In this document: piece after piece, positions 22,101 through 32,732 of the stretch
Layout of the letters: the number at the start of each line of letters is the position of its first letter
How positions within the stretch are numbered: the first letter of the stretch is position 1
Assembly (NCBI GenBank): GCA_965262725.1
Contig: OZ253555.1
Location: 3,456,001-3,520,000, forward strand
Length of the DNA stretch: 64,000 nt
Direction of reading: 5' to 3'
From: Dehalococcoidia bacterium
Lineage (GTDB): Bacteria > Chloroflexota > Dehalococcoidia > UBA2979
Made by a program: the position numbers and the translations under genes
Notes under the pieces: model-generated
What the model was told of the DNA's origin: nothing
Seen by the model: the letters and a program-made list of their open reading frames with translations, nothing else
Database searches by the model: none

Positions 22101-23817
22101 CTACCGACTAACTACACCGTCGCCAAACCTGTGATCGGCGGTCCGGGAGCTCCGGTTCCATCCGCTTCGTGGCCTCCGAGCGGCACCAGCTGGTAGCCGA
22201 GCTTCCTGGCCCTGCGTCTCGCGTTGCGGAGGGCTCTCTCGTGGTGCTGCGCCTCGTAGTACTCGGCTCCGGCGTCCGTGTACCCGTGTCCGTACTTCAG
22301 GCTCGAGTAGATGATCCTCGCCAGCTTGTGAGCCGTCGCAGTGATGGCCTTGGCTGGCCCCAGCTGCGCCTTCTTCCTCCGCAGGAACGCCCCCAGGGCG
22401 CTGTCGGAGCGGTGAAGACCGAAGGCGGCAAGACGCAGGGCCGCTGCTGCCCGGTTCGCCGACGGCGTGGTCCGGGAGCTGATGACCTTGCCTCCGGTGA
22501 CGCGGTTGTTCGGGCTCAGGCCCAACCACGATGCGAAGTGCTTCGGGGTTTCCCAGCGGCTCATGTCCACTCCGACCTCGCTGACGACCTTCAGCGCCGT
22601 ATGGGCGTCCACGCCATCGATGCGCGTCAGGTCCACCCCCGTCATCCGGTAGAGATGGCTCCGCACGTCGAACGCCGGCGCATTCTTGGCGCGCTTCGAC
22701 CGCTTGGGCTTCCCGAGAGGCGGCCGGGGGTCGCCGGAATCGTCCCACTCCTCCAGTAGCGCCTCGAGCTTCCCGTCGCACTCGGCGATCTTGCCCTGGT
22801 ACACCCGGTAGAGATCCCGGGCCTGCGCCAGTTCGAAGAGGTGCTCCTCCCGCCAGTGCCCCTCCAGTGACCGGGCGATCATCGACGTGTCCGCCCGGAT
22901 CCTCGGGTCACGCAGCTGCGCCAGCTTCACGGGGTCACGCTCGCCACCAATGACGGCATCAATGATGGCCAGTCCCGTCGCGCCGGTGATGTCGCTGATG
23001 ACGTGCTGGAGCTTGACGTTCATCTGGGTCAGGGCCTTCTGCATGTGCTGAACGTGTCTGGCCGCGTCCTCGACCAGCAGGGCTCGCTGCCGCATGTAGC
23101 TGCGCAGTCGGCGGATATCCTCATCGGGACGGAAGGCTCCGGAGAGCAGCCCGTAGGTGTGAAGCTGCTGGATCCACTGGCTGTCCAGCACATCCGTCTT
23201 GCGGCCGGGCGCATTCTTGATGCCCCTCGGGTTCACCAACAGCACCTCGAATCCCCGCTCCTCCAGCACTCCGAAGAGCGGGATCCAGTACACCCCCGTC
23301 GACTCCAGCGCCACGGTCTCGATGCCGCACTCGGCCAACCAGTCCGCCAGGCGGTACAGGTCGCCCGTGAAAGCTGCGAACTCCCGCACCGGCGTATCGG
23401 AACGGTCCTCGGGGACTGCCACGAAGTGGCTCTCGGCGCCCACATCGATCCCGGCCGCGTTCAGGTTCACCCGGGACAGCGCCGCGGGCAGTACCGGCGG
23501 ATCGCCCCGCGTTCCGTCGGCGCGCCGGGCACTCTCGCCTCGTGTCTCCATCCTCTCGCCCCCTCCCCCACAGCGTGGGCGTGTGACCGGAGGGAGCCAC
23601 GACCAGACCGACACTCTACCGAACGGGATCGCCCCGACGGGACGTCACCAGTGATGCAGTCGCAGGGCTCCCGGACCATGCTTTTGAACGGGCAGATCGC
23701 ACCAACGATGTACCGGCCTCGGCCCGGTCATCACGCCTCGCCGCGACTATACATCGCCGCTCGGCCCACCCCAGTTAGTGGCTTGCTGCACCGCCCGGCC
23801 GCCGGGGGTGGGGTGCT
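22101..23817 (-). mobile_element. IS110-family element, copy 2 of the tandem
   Basis: Same sequence and identical ORF translations as copy 1. Confidence 0.93.
22112..23551 (-). CDS. IS110 (DEDD) recombinase, copy 2
   Basis: Translation identical to copy 1. Confidence 0.95.
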   Translation of the reverse strand: METRGESARRADGTRGDPPVLPAALSRVNLNAAGIDVGAESHFVAVPEDRSDTPVREFAAFTGDLYRLADWLAECGIETVALESTGVYWIPLFGVLEERGFEVLLVNPRGIKNAPGRKTDVLDSQWIQQLHTYGLLSGAFRPDEDIRRLRSYMRQRALLVEDAARHVQHMQKALTQMNVKLQHVISDITGATGLAIIDAVIGGERDPVKLAQLRDPRIRADTSMIARSLEGHWREEHLFELAQARDLYRVYQGKIAECDGKLEALLEEWDDSGDPRPPLGKPKRSKRAKNAPAFDVRSHLYRMTGVDLTRIDGVDAHTALKVVSEVGVDMSRWETPKHFASWLGLSPNNRVTGGKVISSRTTPSANRAAAALRLAAFGLHRSDSALGAFLRRKKAQLGPAKAITATAHKLARIIYSSLKYGHGYTDAGAEYYEAQHHERALRNARRRARKLGYQLVPLGGHEADGTGAPGPPITGLATV

Positions 23818-24574
23818 TTTGAGGAGCACCCGGACGCCGCGATTTACCTGTCGATGCCGGGCCTGGGGCCCGTGCTCGGCGCCCGGGTGCTGGGCGAGTT
23901 CGGGGATGACCCCGAACGCTACGAGTCCGCGAAGTCTCGCAGGAACTACGCGGGCACGTCGCCGCTCACCATAGCATCGGGGCGGAAGCGGACGGTCACC
24001 GCGCGCCACGTGCGGAACCGGCGCCTCTACGACGCGGTACACATGTGGGCGTTCTGCTCGCTCCAGGCGAGTCCCGGGTGCCGGGCGTACTACCAGCAGC
24101 GGCAAGCGCTGGGCGACGGGCACCACCAGGCGCTGCGCGCCCTCGCCAACCGCCTGGTCGCGTTCCTGCACGGCTGCCTGAGCACGCGTCGGCTCTACGA
24201 CGAGGAGGCGGCCTGGGGCAGCCTGAAGACTGAGCCTGCCGAGCTCGCCGCCTGACGGAGGTCGTTGAGCGCCTCGGCGGGCCCGGACTCATCCAGGGTC
24301 TGGAGCTCGTTGAGGGCGCAACACGGCGCGACGAGTCCCTGCACACCCCGATCACGGACGCCGGCAGCGGTCGGTGAGCCACCGCATGTCCGCGAAGCTG
24401 AGACGCAGCTCACGCCGGCCAGGACCATCCTCTCCGGCGGCGTCGACATCGGAACACCGCCGCGATCACGGCTCTAGCACGGCGCTCCGGCTGCTCACGA
24501 TCTCCTTCGCCTCGCGCACCCGACGCCCCGATCCGCTGCCCGGGTGGGGGCGCCCCTTGCGCGTTACGGACATG

Positions 24575-24920
24575 GGGTGTCTCCCCGGGCACCGCGGAGA
24601 CGACCTGCCAGGAAACGCCGAACTCCTCCTCGAGCCCGCCGCACTGGCCGGGGGCGCCGCCCTCAAAGAGCCGCTTCCGGAAGTGGTCGATCTCCTCGTG
24701 CGTCGTGCAGGTGACGACGAAGGAGATCGCCGGCGTGAACTCACCCATCGGACCACCGTCGGGGGCCTCGAAGCGATGTCCGTCAACCTCCAGCCCCGGC
24801 ACCGCGCCGACCCCGGCGGAGCACCACGGGATCTCCGAGCCGGAGAGGATGCTCGATCCGGGGAAGACGCCGGCGCAGAACTCGGCGGCAGCGGTCCGCG
24901 TCCGGGCATCAGGGCGTCCG
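24575..24920 (-). pseudogene. Degenerate VOC / 3-demethylubiquinone-9 3-methyltransferase-like gene; C-terminus probably at 19258-19345
   Basis: LEVDGHRFEAPDGGP..FTPAISFVVTC..EEIDHF..GQCG..FGVSWQVV; tail DRVMEVLLTMQSIDLGRLREAAASE* lies on the far side of the IS stack. Confidence 0.65.
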
Positions 24921-25048
24921 CCGCGGCGCCCGCACTCTCCGTCGCTGCCCCTCGACTCGATGGGTGCGGGCGCTCCGCTGCGGGCGGCCGCTATGGTGGC
25001 GACGCGGGCGGATGTCACATCCTGTCGGACGGCCGTCGGAGGCGGGCG

Positions 25049-28000
25049 ATGAGTACGGTGGGCGTCGAGGAGCGCACGCGGGAGTTGGGGCTCGCCCTGC
25101 TCGCGGAGGCGGCGCGCTACCGGCCGGGCCCGGCGGAGCGCATCCAGGACTGGCTGCTGGGCCTGACCGCCGCCAATGAGCGCTTCCGCGCCCGCCTGCT
25201 TCGTTACCTCGACGTACTCGCCTCGGTCGACCACGACACCAGCGGCCTGGAGGCGAAGCGGCTCGCGGCCGAGTACTTCGGCGACGACTTCCCTGAGCTG
25301 CCCCGCGGACTGCGCTGGCTGCTCCGGCTCGCCCGCGACAAACACGTGCCGGCGCGCCTCATGGGCGAGACGTCGCGTCGCGGGGCCGAGCTGTTCGCAC
25401 GGCGCTTCATCATGCCTCCCGGCGCGGAGACGGTGGCCGAGACGGTACGGCAGCTGCGCGATCACGGCCGCCTCCCCTCGTTCGATCTGCTCGGGGAGGC
25501 CGTGCTCAGCGAGCGCGAGGCCGAGGCCTACCTCGAGCGCTACCTCGCACTCGTCCGGCAGCTCGCCGATGACGCCGCGGCCGGCGAGATCACGGCGGGT
25601 GGCGTGTTCGCGCTCCAGGTCTCGCTCAAGATCTCCTCACTCACCGCGCACTTCAGCCCCGTCGACCCCGACGGCACGATCGCGCGCGTTCGTCCCCCGC
25701 TCGAGGCGATCGTCGAGGCGGCGGAGACTGCGGGCGTCGGCGTCACGGTCGACATGGAGCAGTTCGAGTACCGCGACCTCACGTGGGAGATGTTCACCCG
25801 CACGTTCGCGCGCGGCGAGCGCTTCGGCGGCTGGCCGGGCGCGGGGATCGTGTTGCAGGCCTACCTGCGCGAGGCCGACGCCCACGCGGATGCCCTCGTC
25901 GCGTTCGCCCGGGTGCGCGGCGTCCCGTTCCAGGTGCGGCTGGTCAAGGGCGCGTACTGGGACTACGAGAACATCGTCGCCCGCGCGGCAGGCTGGAGGC
26001 CGCCGGTCTTCACTCGCAAGGCCGCCACGGACGCGGCGTTCGAGCGCGTGCTCGCGCGACTGGTGAGAGCGCACCCGGCGCTCCACGTGGCGGTCGGAAG
26101 CCACAACGCGCGCGCCCACGCGCTGGCCGAGGCGCTCGCGGAGGCCTCGGGTCTCCCGCAGGGGGCGGTGGAACACCAGACGCTCTTCCGCACGGCTGAG
26201 GGCACGAGCCGCGCACTGGCGGGGCTCGGCTGGGCGGCCCGCGACTACGTGCCGTCGGGTGAGCTGCTGCCGGGCATGGCCTACCTGGTGCGGCGCGTGC
26301 TCGAGAACTCCTCGCAGGCCGGCATCCTCCTGCAGGGACGCACCGGCGCACCGCCCGAGGAGCTGCTACGCGCCCCGCCCGCGCTCGGGCCGGCTGCGCA
26401 GCCCCCGCCCGCGGCGTCGGGAGGACTCAAGCGGACGCCGGAGGCGCGCTGGTTCGACCCGGACTTCCGCGATGCGTTCGAGGCGGCGCTCGCCTCGACT
26501 CGCGCGCGCTGGGGAGAGCGCGTCGCGCTGCGCGCCGGCGGGGTTGCGCTGCCCGCCGCCGAGACGCGCGCGGTGCAGAGTCCCTCGCACCCCGAGGCAG
26601 AGCCGGTGGGCGTCGTCGAGTTCGCGGCCGCCGAGAGCGCCGGGCGCGCGATCGCCGTCGCCGCCTCGGGGCTCCGCGGCTGGGCGGCCAGGCCGGCGGC
26701 GGAACGGGCGTCGGTGCTGCGTCGGGCGGCCGATCTGCTCCGGGTGCGAGGCCACGAGTTTGCCGCGTGGATCGTGCACGAGGGCGGCCGCGACCGCGCC
26801 GGCGCGTGGACCGAGGTCGAGGAGGCGATCGATTTTCTGCACTACTACGCATCGCAGGCGGAGGCACTGTTCGGGGCGTTTGGTGACCGCATCGCGCCCC
26901 GGGGCGTGGTGGCCGTGATCCCGCCGTGGAACTTCCCCCTCGCGATCCCCAGCGGAATGACGGCGGCGGCTCTCGCCTGCGGGAACGCGGTCATCCTCAA
27001 GCCCGCCGAGCAGACGCCGCTGCTCGGCGGGCGCCTCGCCGCGCTGCTGCACGAGGCCGGCGTGCCCGACGACGCGCTGATCTCTCTACCCGGCCGCGGC
27101 GAGACGGTCGGTGCCGCGCTGGCGGAGAGCTCCGATGTCTCCATGGTGGCGTTCACGGGGTCGCGCGCCGTCGGCACGCTGCTCCACGAGATCGTCGCGC
27201 GCGTCGAGCCCGCCGGCGGGGCGGCGACGAAGACGCTCGTCGCGGAGATGGGGGGCAAGAACTCGGTGCTCGTCTTCCCGGACGCCGACCCCGACGAGGT
27301 CGTGGACGGCGTCATCCGCTCCGCCTTCGGGCACGCCAACCAGAAGTGCTCGGCGGCCTCGCTCATCCTCGTGGCGGAGCCCGCCTACGAGCCGATCCGC
27401 GACCGTCTGGTCGAGGCCGCGCGCAGCCTCCGCGCCGGGAGGGCCGACGCGCCCGGGACGCAGATCAATCCGGTCATCGATCGCGACGCCCGTGAGCGGC
27501 TCCTGCGCGACGCCGAGACCGCCCGCGCCGAAGGGGAGGTGCTCCTCGATCGCTTCGAGGAGCCTGCCGCGGTCGGCGGGCAGCTGGCGCTCGGTCCGCT
27601 CGTGATCGAGCTCCCGGCCTGGCGAGCGCGCGAAGCGCGCACGACGACCGAGGAGCTCTTCGGCCCGATCCTCGCGCTGATCCCGTTCGCGACCGAGGAG
27701 GAAGCCTACGCGGTCGCGAACGGGACGGACTACGGGCTCACCGCCGGCGTCTTCTCGCGCAGCCCCGCGACCATCGAGCGCGCCGCCCGGGCGCTCGAGG
27801 CCGGCAACATTTACGCCAACCGCGCCATCACGGCGGCGCGCGTCGGCGTCGAGCCGTTCGGTGGAATGAAGATGTCCGGCACCGGCCCGAAAGCCGGCGG
27901 AGCCGACTATCTCTGGGCGTTCGTGCACCGCACCGACGCGCCCGCAGGCGAGTGCGACGCTCCGCAAGAGGCTTCATCGTCCGGCGGGGAGACACGGCGG

Positions 28001-28684
28001 CCCGCCCTGCCGTCGGGCGGCTGGGACGAGGAGCTCGACGCGCGCATCGACGTCGTCGAGCGCGCCGCGGTGCTGCTCGCCGAAGACGGTCGCAGCGAGG
28101 ACGCCTCCGCGCTGCTGACGGCGGCGCAGGCCGCCCGCCGCGAGCTCGGACGCCCGCAGCCGACGATCCCGGTCGCCGGCCAGCGCACCGAGTTGCGATA
28201 CGACACCCCCCGCGGTATCGGCCTGCTCCACGCGGCGGGGCGAGATGCGGCGTGGTGGCTCGTCGCGCCGCTGCTCGCGGGGAACGCTCTCGCGCTCTTC
28301 TCCTCGCCGGCGCTCCCACCGGTCGTGGACGCGCTCCTCCGCGCGGGCATGGCCCCGGAGGCCGTGCGCCCCGGCGGGGGTGTCGACTCCATGCTCCGGG
28401 CGGCCCGCCGTCCCGAGGTCGCCTTCGCCGCGTCGGACGGCGGCGCCGGGTTCGCACGAGCGCTCAATAGAGAGCTGGGCGCGACCGCTCCCGGGCAGCG
28501 CTCGCTGAAGGCGCTGCTCTCCCGCCTCGACGGTCCCCAGGCGGGTGAGCCGGGCTTCGTGCAGCGCTTCGCGTGGCCGAGGGTCGTCGCGGTGCGCACG
28601 TTGCGCCACGGGGCCGACCTGGGGCTGGGGTCGGGTCGACACGCCGGGGGCGGCGCGGGCAGCCGGTGGGCGCCGGGCGGCTAG
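25049..28684 (+). CDS. putA: Bifunctional proline dehydrogenase / P5C dehydrogenase
   Basis: VDME, RLVKGAYW, YLVRRVLEN (PRODH); PWNFP, FTGS, EMGGKN, QKCSA, EELFGP (GSALDH). Confidence 0.95.
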   Translation: MSTVGVEERTRELGLALLAEAARYRPGPAERIQDWLLGLTAANERFRARLLRYLDVLASVDHDTSGLEAKRLAAEYFGDDFPELPRGLRWLLRLARDKHVPARLMGETSRRGAELFARRFIMPPGAETVAETVRQLRDHGRLPSFDLLGEAVLSEREAEAYLERYLALVRQLADDAAAGEITAGGVFALQVSLKISSLTAHFSPVDPDGTIARVRPPLEAIVEAAETAGVGVTVDMEQFEYRDLTWEMFTRTFARGERFGGWPGAGIVLQAYLREADAHADALVAFARVRGVPFQVRLVKGAYWDYENIVARAAGWRPPVFTRKAATDAAFERVLARLVRAHPALHVAVGSHNARAHALAEALAEASGLPQGAVEHQTLFRTAEGTSRALAGLGWAARDYVPSGELLPGMAYLVRRVLENSSQAGILLQGRTGAPPEELLRAPPALGPAAQPPPAASGGLKRTPEARWFDPDFRDAFEAALASTRARWGERVALRAGGVALPAAETRAVQSPSHPEAEPVGVVEFAAAESAGRAIAVAASGLRGWAARPAAERASVLRRAADLLRVRGHEFAAWIVHEGGRDRAGAWTEVEEAIDFLHYYASQAEALFGAFGDRIAPRGVVAVIPPWNFPLAIPSGMTAAALACGNAVILKPAEQTPLLGGRLAALLHEAGVPDDALISLPGRGETVGAALAESSDVSMVAFTGSRAVGTLLHEIVARVEPAGGAATKTLVAEMGGKNSVLVFPDADPDEVVDGVIRSAFGHANQKCSAASLILVAEPAYEPIRDRLVEAARSLRAGRADAPGTQINPVIDRDARERLLRDAETARAEGEVLLDRFEEPAAVGGQLALGPLVIELPAWRAREARTTTEELFGPILALIPFATEEEAYAVANGTDYGLTAGVFSRSPATIERAARALEAGNIYANRAITAARVGVEPFGGMKMSGTGPKAGGADYLWAFVHRTDAPAGECDAPQEASSSGGETRRPALPSGGWDEELDARIDVVERAAVLLAEDGRSEDASALLTAAQAARRELGRPQPTIPVAGQRTELRYDTPRGIGLLHAAGRDAAWWLVAPLLAGNALALFSSPALPPVVDALLRAGMAPEAVRPGGGVDSMLRAARRPEVAFAASDGGAGFARALNRELGATAPGQRSLKALLSRLDGPQAGEPGFVQRFAWPRVVAVRTLRHGADLGLGSGRHAGGGAGSRWAPGG

Positions 28685-29283
28685 CCCGTAGCGGTTCCCG
28701 CCATCCCGAGCACGCCGCGCAGCGCCTCGATGCTCCCGAGGTGGCGGTAGGCATGGATCGCGTGGAACTGCACGCAGTAGGCCACCGTGGTGACGCCCAC
28801 CTGCGTGCCGTAGTAGTGCTCGCACGCCTCGCCGAGCGCGGAGGCATCGAGCGCCCGAATCGCCTCGTCAGCCGCGCCGAAGGCGTCGCGCGCGTAGCCG
28901 AGCAGCGCCTCACGGCCCGGGAAGCACATCGAGAGGGTCGACTCGTCCTCCATCTGCGAGCCCGCCTCCCGGTGACCCAGCGCGGCCGGATCGAGGCCCC
29001 AGGCCGTGGCGATTTCTCGCGTGTGCCAGATCTGCGACCGCGCCCCCAGACGCTCGGCCAGGGTCGGCGTCGCCTGCGCGAGACTTGCCTGCGTCACGTC
29101 GGCCCAGCGCGCCATGTGCCAGAGGTGCCAGCCGATGCACGGCACCGTGCGCCCGCCCGACTGAAAGAGCCGGCGCTCGCTGAGCTCCGCGGTGATCTTC
29201 AGGAGCAAGACGTGGGCGGTCGTGACGCGATCCGTCAGCACGATGGCCGTCGCCTCGCCGCCGTCCTGAGCACCCGCCATCAT
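28681..29283 (-). CDS. DinB-family four-helix protein
   Basis: IGWHLWHMARWAD and HAYRHLGSIEALRG metal-binding His pattern. Confidence 0.82.
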   Translation of the reverse strand: MMAGAQDGGEATAIVLTDRVTTAHVLLLKITAELSERRLFQSGGRTVPCIGWHLWHMARWADVTQASLAQATPTLAERLGARSQIWHTREIATAWGLDPAALGHREAGSQMEDESTLSMCFPGREALLGYARDAFGAADEAIRALDASALGEACEHYYGTQVGVTTVAYCVQFHAIHAYRHLGSIEALRGVLGMAGTATG

Positions 29284-29505
29284 CCGCCTCCTGCTGCACC
29301 CCGCGCGTCCCCCCGGAGATGGTAGGACGCGCGCTGGCCTGATCGCACGCCCGCCCCGACGAGACGGGCGGCGGGGGCGCCGCGCGGGCCAGACGCTTCG
29401 CCTGACAGCGCGCCGCGTCCGGCCGTCGGGCGGCTGAGGGCGCGGCCTGAAACTGCTACCGTCGGGGTGGCCCACGGCGCCGGGCCGCTCCGAGGGGGGT
29501 TCGTG

Positions 29506-30336
29506 GTGAGCAGCAGCGTTCAGGTCGGCCGGGTCGAGATCGTCGCGCTGCTGGACGCGCCGCTCGGCGGCCCGCTCGGCGTGATCTTCCCCACCGTCGG
29601 CGAGCAGGAGTGGCAGCCGTACCGCGAGATCTATCCGCGATCCTGGGACGGCGCGCAGTTCAGCCATAACGCCCAGTGCTTCCTGCTCGTCACACCGACG
29701 GAGCGCGTGCTGGTCGACACCGGACTCGGACCGGGGCCGCACGCGATGCTCGGCGGCGCGACCGGGGCGCTGCTCGACGACCTCCGCGACGCCGGAACGG
29801 GGCCCGGCGAGATCGACCGGGTGGTCTTCACGCACCTGCACGGCGACCACATCGGCTGGACGGTGCGCGACGGAGCGGCCACCTTCCCCGCGGCCCGCCA
29901 CCTGGTGCCGCACGCCGACTGGGAGCACTTTCGCGCTCCGGACGGCGGGGAGACGGACCCGGCCGTCGCGGCGCAGATCGAACCTCTCGAGGAGATGGGC
30001 CTTCTCGACCTCGTGGAGGGCGAACACTCCGTGACGCCGGAACTCACGCTGGTGCCGACGCCCGGCCACACGCCCGGCCACCAGAGCCTCCTCGTCACCT
30101 CGGGCGGCGAGCGGGCGCTGATCCTCGGCGACGTCGCCAATCACCCGGCCCAGGTGGAGGAGGTGGAGTGGTCACCGATCTTCGACGGCGACGCGGAGGC
30201 GGCAGCGCACACCAGGCGCGGCGTCATGGAGCGCCTCGAGCAGGGCGGCGATCTCGTCGCCGCCGGACACTTCCCGCACCCGGGATTCGGCCACATCGTG
30301 AGGCTGGAGGGTCGGCGCATCTTCCGGGCGCTCTGA
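29506..30336 (+). CDS. MBL-fold metallo-hydrolase
   Basis: THLHGDHIG, TPGHTPGH, GD, GHF. Confidence 0.92.
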   Translation: MSSSVQVGRVEIVALLDAPLGGPLGVIFPTVGEQEWQPYREIYPRSWDGAQFSHNAQCFLLVTPTERVLVDTGLGPGPHAMLGGATGALLDDLRDAGTGPGEIDRVVFTHLHGDHIGWTVRDGAATFPAARHLVPHADWEHFRAPDGGETDPAVAAQIEPLEEMGLLDLVEGEHSVTPELTLVPTPGHTPGHQSLLVTSGGERALILGDVANHPAQVEEVEWSPIFDGDAEAAAHTRRGVMERLEQGGDLVAAGHFPHPGFGHIVRLEGRRIFRAL

Positions 30337-30395
30337 TCGCGCCCGGCGCTCCGAGCCTCCCGGGCACGGCCGCGCGGCGCGGGTAGACTGCGCCG

Positions 30396-31748
30396 ATGTC
30401 CGATCACGCCCCGACTCCCCCGCGGAGCCCGCCGCGCATCTTCTGGGGCTGGTGGGTCTTCCTCGGAGCCTCGGTCGGGCAGTTCGTCACGGTCGGTTTC
30501 GGCCTGCAGGTCACCGGCGTCTTCCTAGAGCCGATGAGCGAAGACCTCGGCTGGACGCGCTCACAGTTCGTGCTGGCAGGATCGCTCGGCTTCATCGTCG
30601 GCGGCTTCGCGGCCTTCTTCGTCGGGCCACTCATCGACCGCTACGGGGCGCGGCCGCTGATGCTCGCCGGCGCCACCATCGCCGGCCTCGTTTTCTTTGT
30701 CACCTCACAGGTGCAGGAGCTGTGGCAGTTCATCGCCCTGCGCGGGCTGATCGGGCAGATCGGCCTCCTGATGATGGGTCCCCTCGTCGTCAACGTGGCG
30801 CTCGCGAAGTGGTTCGTTGCGCGACGCGGTGCCGTGATATCCCTCGCCTCGGTCGGCATCTCGCTCGGTGGGATCCTGCCGCCGATCCTGCTGACGCGCG
30901 TCGTGGACGCCGGAGGATGGCAGAGCGGCTGGGTCGTGCTCTCGGTCGCGATTGTGGTCCTCATTTACCCGGTCGCCCTGCTCATGCGGCGGCAACCCGA
31001 GGACTACGGGTGGCTCCCCGACGGTCGCACACACCGAGACGGCTCAGCGCTCAGCGTCGACGAGGCCCACGCGCAGGCACTCGCCGCGCGCGACTTCCAG
31101 GGCTCCTATACCCGCGCGGAGGCCCTCCGCACGCCGGCCCTCTGGGTGCTGGTCGCGGCGGTCGCCTTCGGCGTGGCCGCAGCGGGCTCGCTGGGAGTGC
31201 ATGCCATCCCGCTCCTCACCGACGCGGGCTTCAGCCGAAGCGAGGCGGCGCTCCTGTTCGGGATGCACGGCGGCTTCTCGCTTCTCTCGAAGTTCGTGTG
31301 GGCGTGGGCGCTGCAGCGCTGGCCGGTGAAGCCGCTCGCCGTGCTGACGATGTCGAGCCTCGCGGTGGCGCTGCTGCTTCTGGTCACCGTCGCGGAAGCC
31401 GGCTCGCTCCCCCTGATGTTCCCGGTCGTGGCTCTGTGGGGAAGCGCCGTCGGCGGCTTCCTCCCCATCACCGAGTTCATCTGGGCTTCCTACTTCGGCC
31501 GGCGCCACCTCGGCGCCGTGCGGAGCACGGGCCTGCCGATCTCCGTCATCTTCGGGGGGGCGGCGCCGGTGCTGGCGGGGCTCTACTTCGACCGCGTCGG
31601 GGACTACCGGGGCGCCTTCTTCGTGCTCACGCTGCTCATGCTCGCCTCCGCGGCGCTGCTGGCGTTCGCGCGCCGGCCACCCGTGAAGACAGCCGGCGTT
31701 CCGCCCACCGGTGGGCGGGGCGCGGCGGGAGCCCGCCCGGCTGCCTGA
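30396..31748 (+). CDS. MFS transporter
   Basis: About 12 TM segments; motif A GPLIDRYGAR. Confidence 0.92.
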   Translation: MSDHAPTPPRSPPRIFWGWWVFLGASVGQFVTVGFGLQVTGVFLEPMSEDLGWTRSQFVLAGSLGFIVGGFAAFFVGPLIDRYGARPLMLAGATIAGLVFFVTSQVQELWQFIALRGLIGQIGLLMMGPLVVNVALAKWFVARRGAVISLASVGISLGGILPPILLTRVVDAGGWQSGWVVLSVAIVVLIYPVALLMRRQPEDYGWLPDGRTHRDGSALSVDEAHAQALAARDFQGSYTRAEALRTPALWVLVAAVAFGVAAAGSLGVHAIPLLTDAGFSRSEAALLFGMHGGFSLLSKFVWAWALQRWPVKPLAVLTMSSLAVALLLLVTVAEAGSLPLMFPVVALWGSAVGGFLPITEFIWASYFGRRHLGAVRSTGLPISVIFGGAAPVLAGLYFDRVGDYRGAFFVLTLLMLASAALLAFARRPPVKTAGVPPTGGRGAAGARPAA

Positions 31749-31778
31749 ACGCCAGGCCTCCCCGGCCGGCCGGCGCCC

Positions 31779-32624
31779 TCAGAGGTCGGGGTCAGTGAGG
31801 AAGGCACGGACCTCCCGCGCCCACACGTCCGGCGCCTGCTGCGCGTAGAAGTTCCCCTCGCTCGGCAGGCGCACGCCGCGGGCGTTCGTGAGGGTCGCGA
31901 CGAACTTCTCGTGCGAGCGCCCGAGCTGGCTGCCCGTCCCGTGGATCACCAGCGTCAGGGCCTGGATGCGCGGGACCGTCTCCCAGATGTCGTGGTGCGT
32001 CATCGCGTAGGGACCGGCGCCCTCCCAGCCCATCCCGCCGTAGATCCCGGCGCCCTCGTTCGAGTTGACGATGAGGTTGTCCAGGAAGTGCTCGGAGACG
32101 CGCCGCATGTCCACCCCCGGGCGATCGCCGCCGACCTTGCGCCAGAGCTCCAGCAGGTGGCCGCCATCGGGGCGCGGCTCGATGTAGCGGTGGAGCCTCT
32201 CGTGCGCCTCCCGGCGGTGAGGCGGCGACCAGTTGAAGATCTCCTCGAGGATGAGGCGATCGACCCGCTCCGGGTGCTCGGCGGCGAGCATCGCCGCGAA
32301 CTCCGAGCCCGTGCGGTTCCCGTCGACGTGCGCGCGCTCGATGCCGAGGCCGTCCATCAGCCAGGTGACCGAACGGGCGAACTCCTCGAGCGTCGTGTAC
32401 GGGGGATCCGGCCGATCGGACTGGCCGTAGCCCACCGTCGTCATCGCGATGACGCGGAACGCATCGGCGAGGAGAGGCGCCACGTTGCGGTAGGACATGG
32501 CGCTCATCGGCGTGCCGTGCAGCAGAATCAGAGGGGGCCCCGAGCCGACCTCCATGTACTCGATGTTCCCGTCGGGGCCGTGAACGAAGCCCCGTCGGAT
32601 CTGCGTGGCGGCGGCTGTACCCAT
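31779..32624 (-). CDS. Alpha/beta-hydrolase fold protein, atypical elbow GNRTG
   Basis: LILLHG, GYGQSD, HPERV, LVIHG. Confidence 0.85.
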   Translation of the reverse strand: MGTAAATQIRRGFVHGPDGNIEYMEVGSGPPLILLHGTPMSAMSYRNVAPLLADAFRVIAMTTVGYGQSDRPDPPYTTLEEFARSVTWLMDGLGIERAHVDGNRTGSEFAAMLAAEHPERVDRLILEEIFNWSPPHRREAHERLHRYIEPRPDGGHLLELWRKVGGDRPGVDMRRVSEHFLDNLIVNSNEGAGIYGGMGWEGAGPYAMTHHDIWETVPRIQALTLVIHGTGSQLGRSHEKFVATLTNARGVRLPSEGNFYAQQAPDVWAREVRAFLTDPDL

Positions 32625-32732
32625 CCTCGCTGCTCCCCTGCTGCCGGCGCGGTCCGCCGGCCCCTCCGCGCCGCCTCCGTGGCGCCGCGAGTCACCCGCA
32701 TCCTACGATGCGCGCCCGCGCGGCGGCGCGCG

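Larger units (their letters stand above)
19599..24255 (+). pseudogene. IS110 transposase split into 19599-20387 and 23818-24255
   Basis: VGDDWSEDHH, GIET, KSDRGDA; rejoined sequence KLAPS|FEEHPDAAIYLSMPGLG...ASG is continuous. Confidence 0.92.
19388..24301 (+). mobile_element. Outer IS110-family element, disrupted by an IS110 tandem; ends approximate
   Basis: Candidate CT cores at 19388-89 and 24300-01; about 210 nt non-coding left end; transposase halves rejoin in frame. Confidence 0.6.

Noticed and set aside
24374-25048. Extended N-terminus of PutA suggesting a DNA-binding domain
   Set aside because: Antisense to the VOC remnant, no ribbon-helix-helix pattern, and a good RBS plus ATG at 25049
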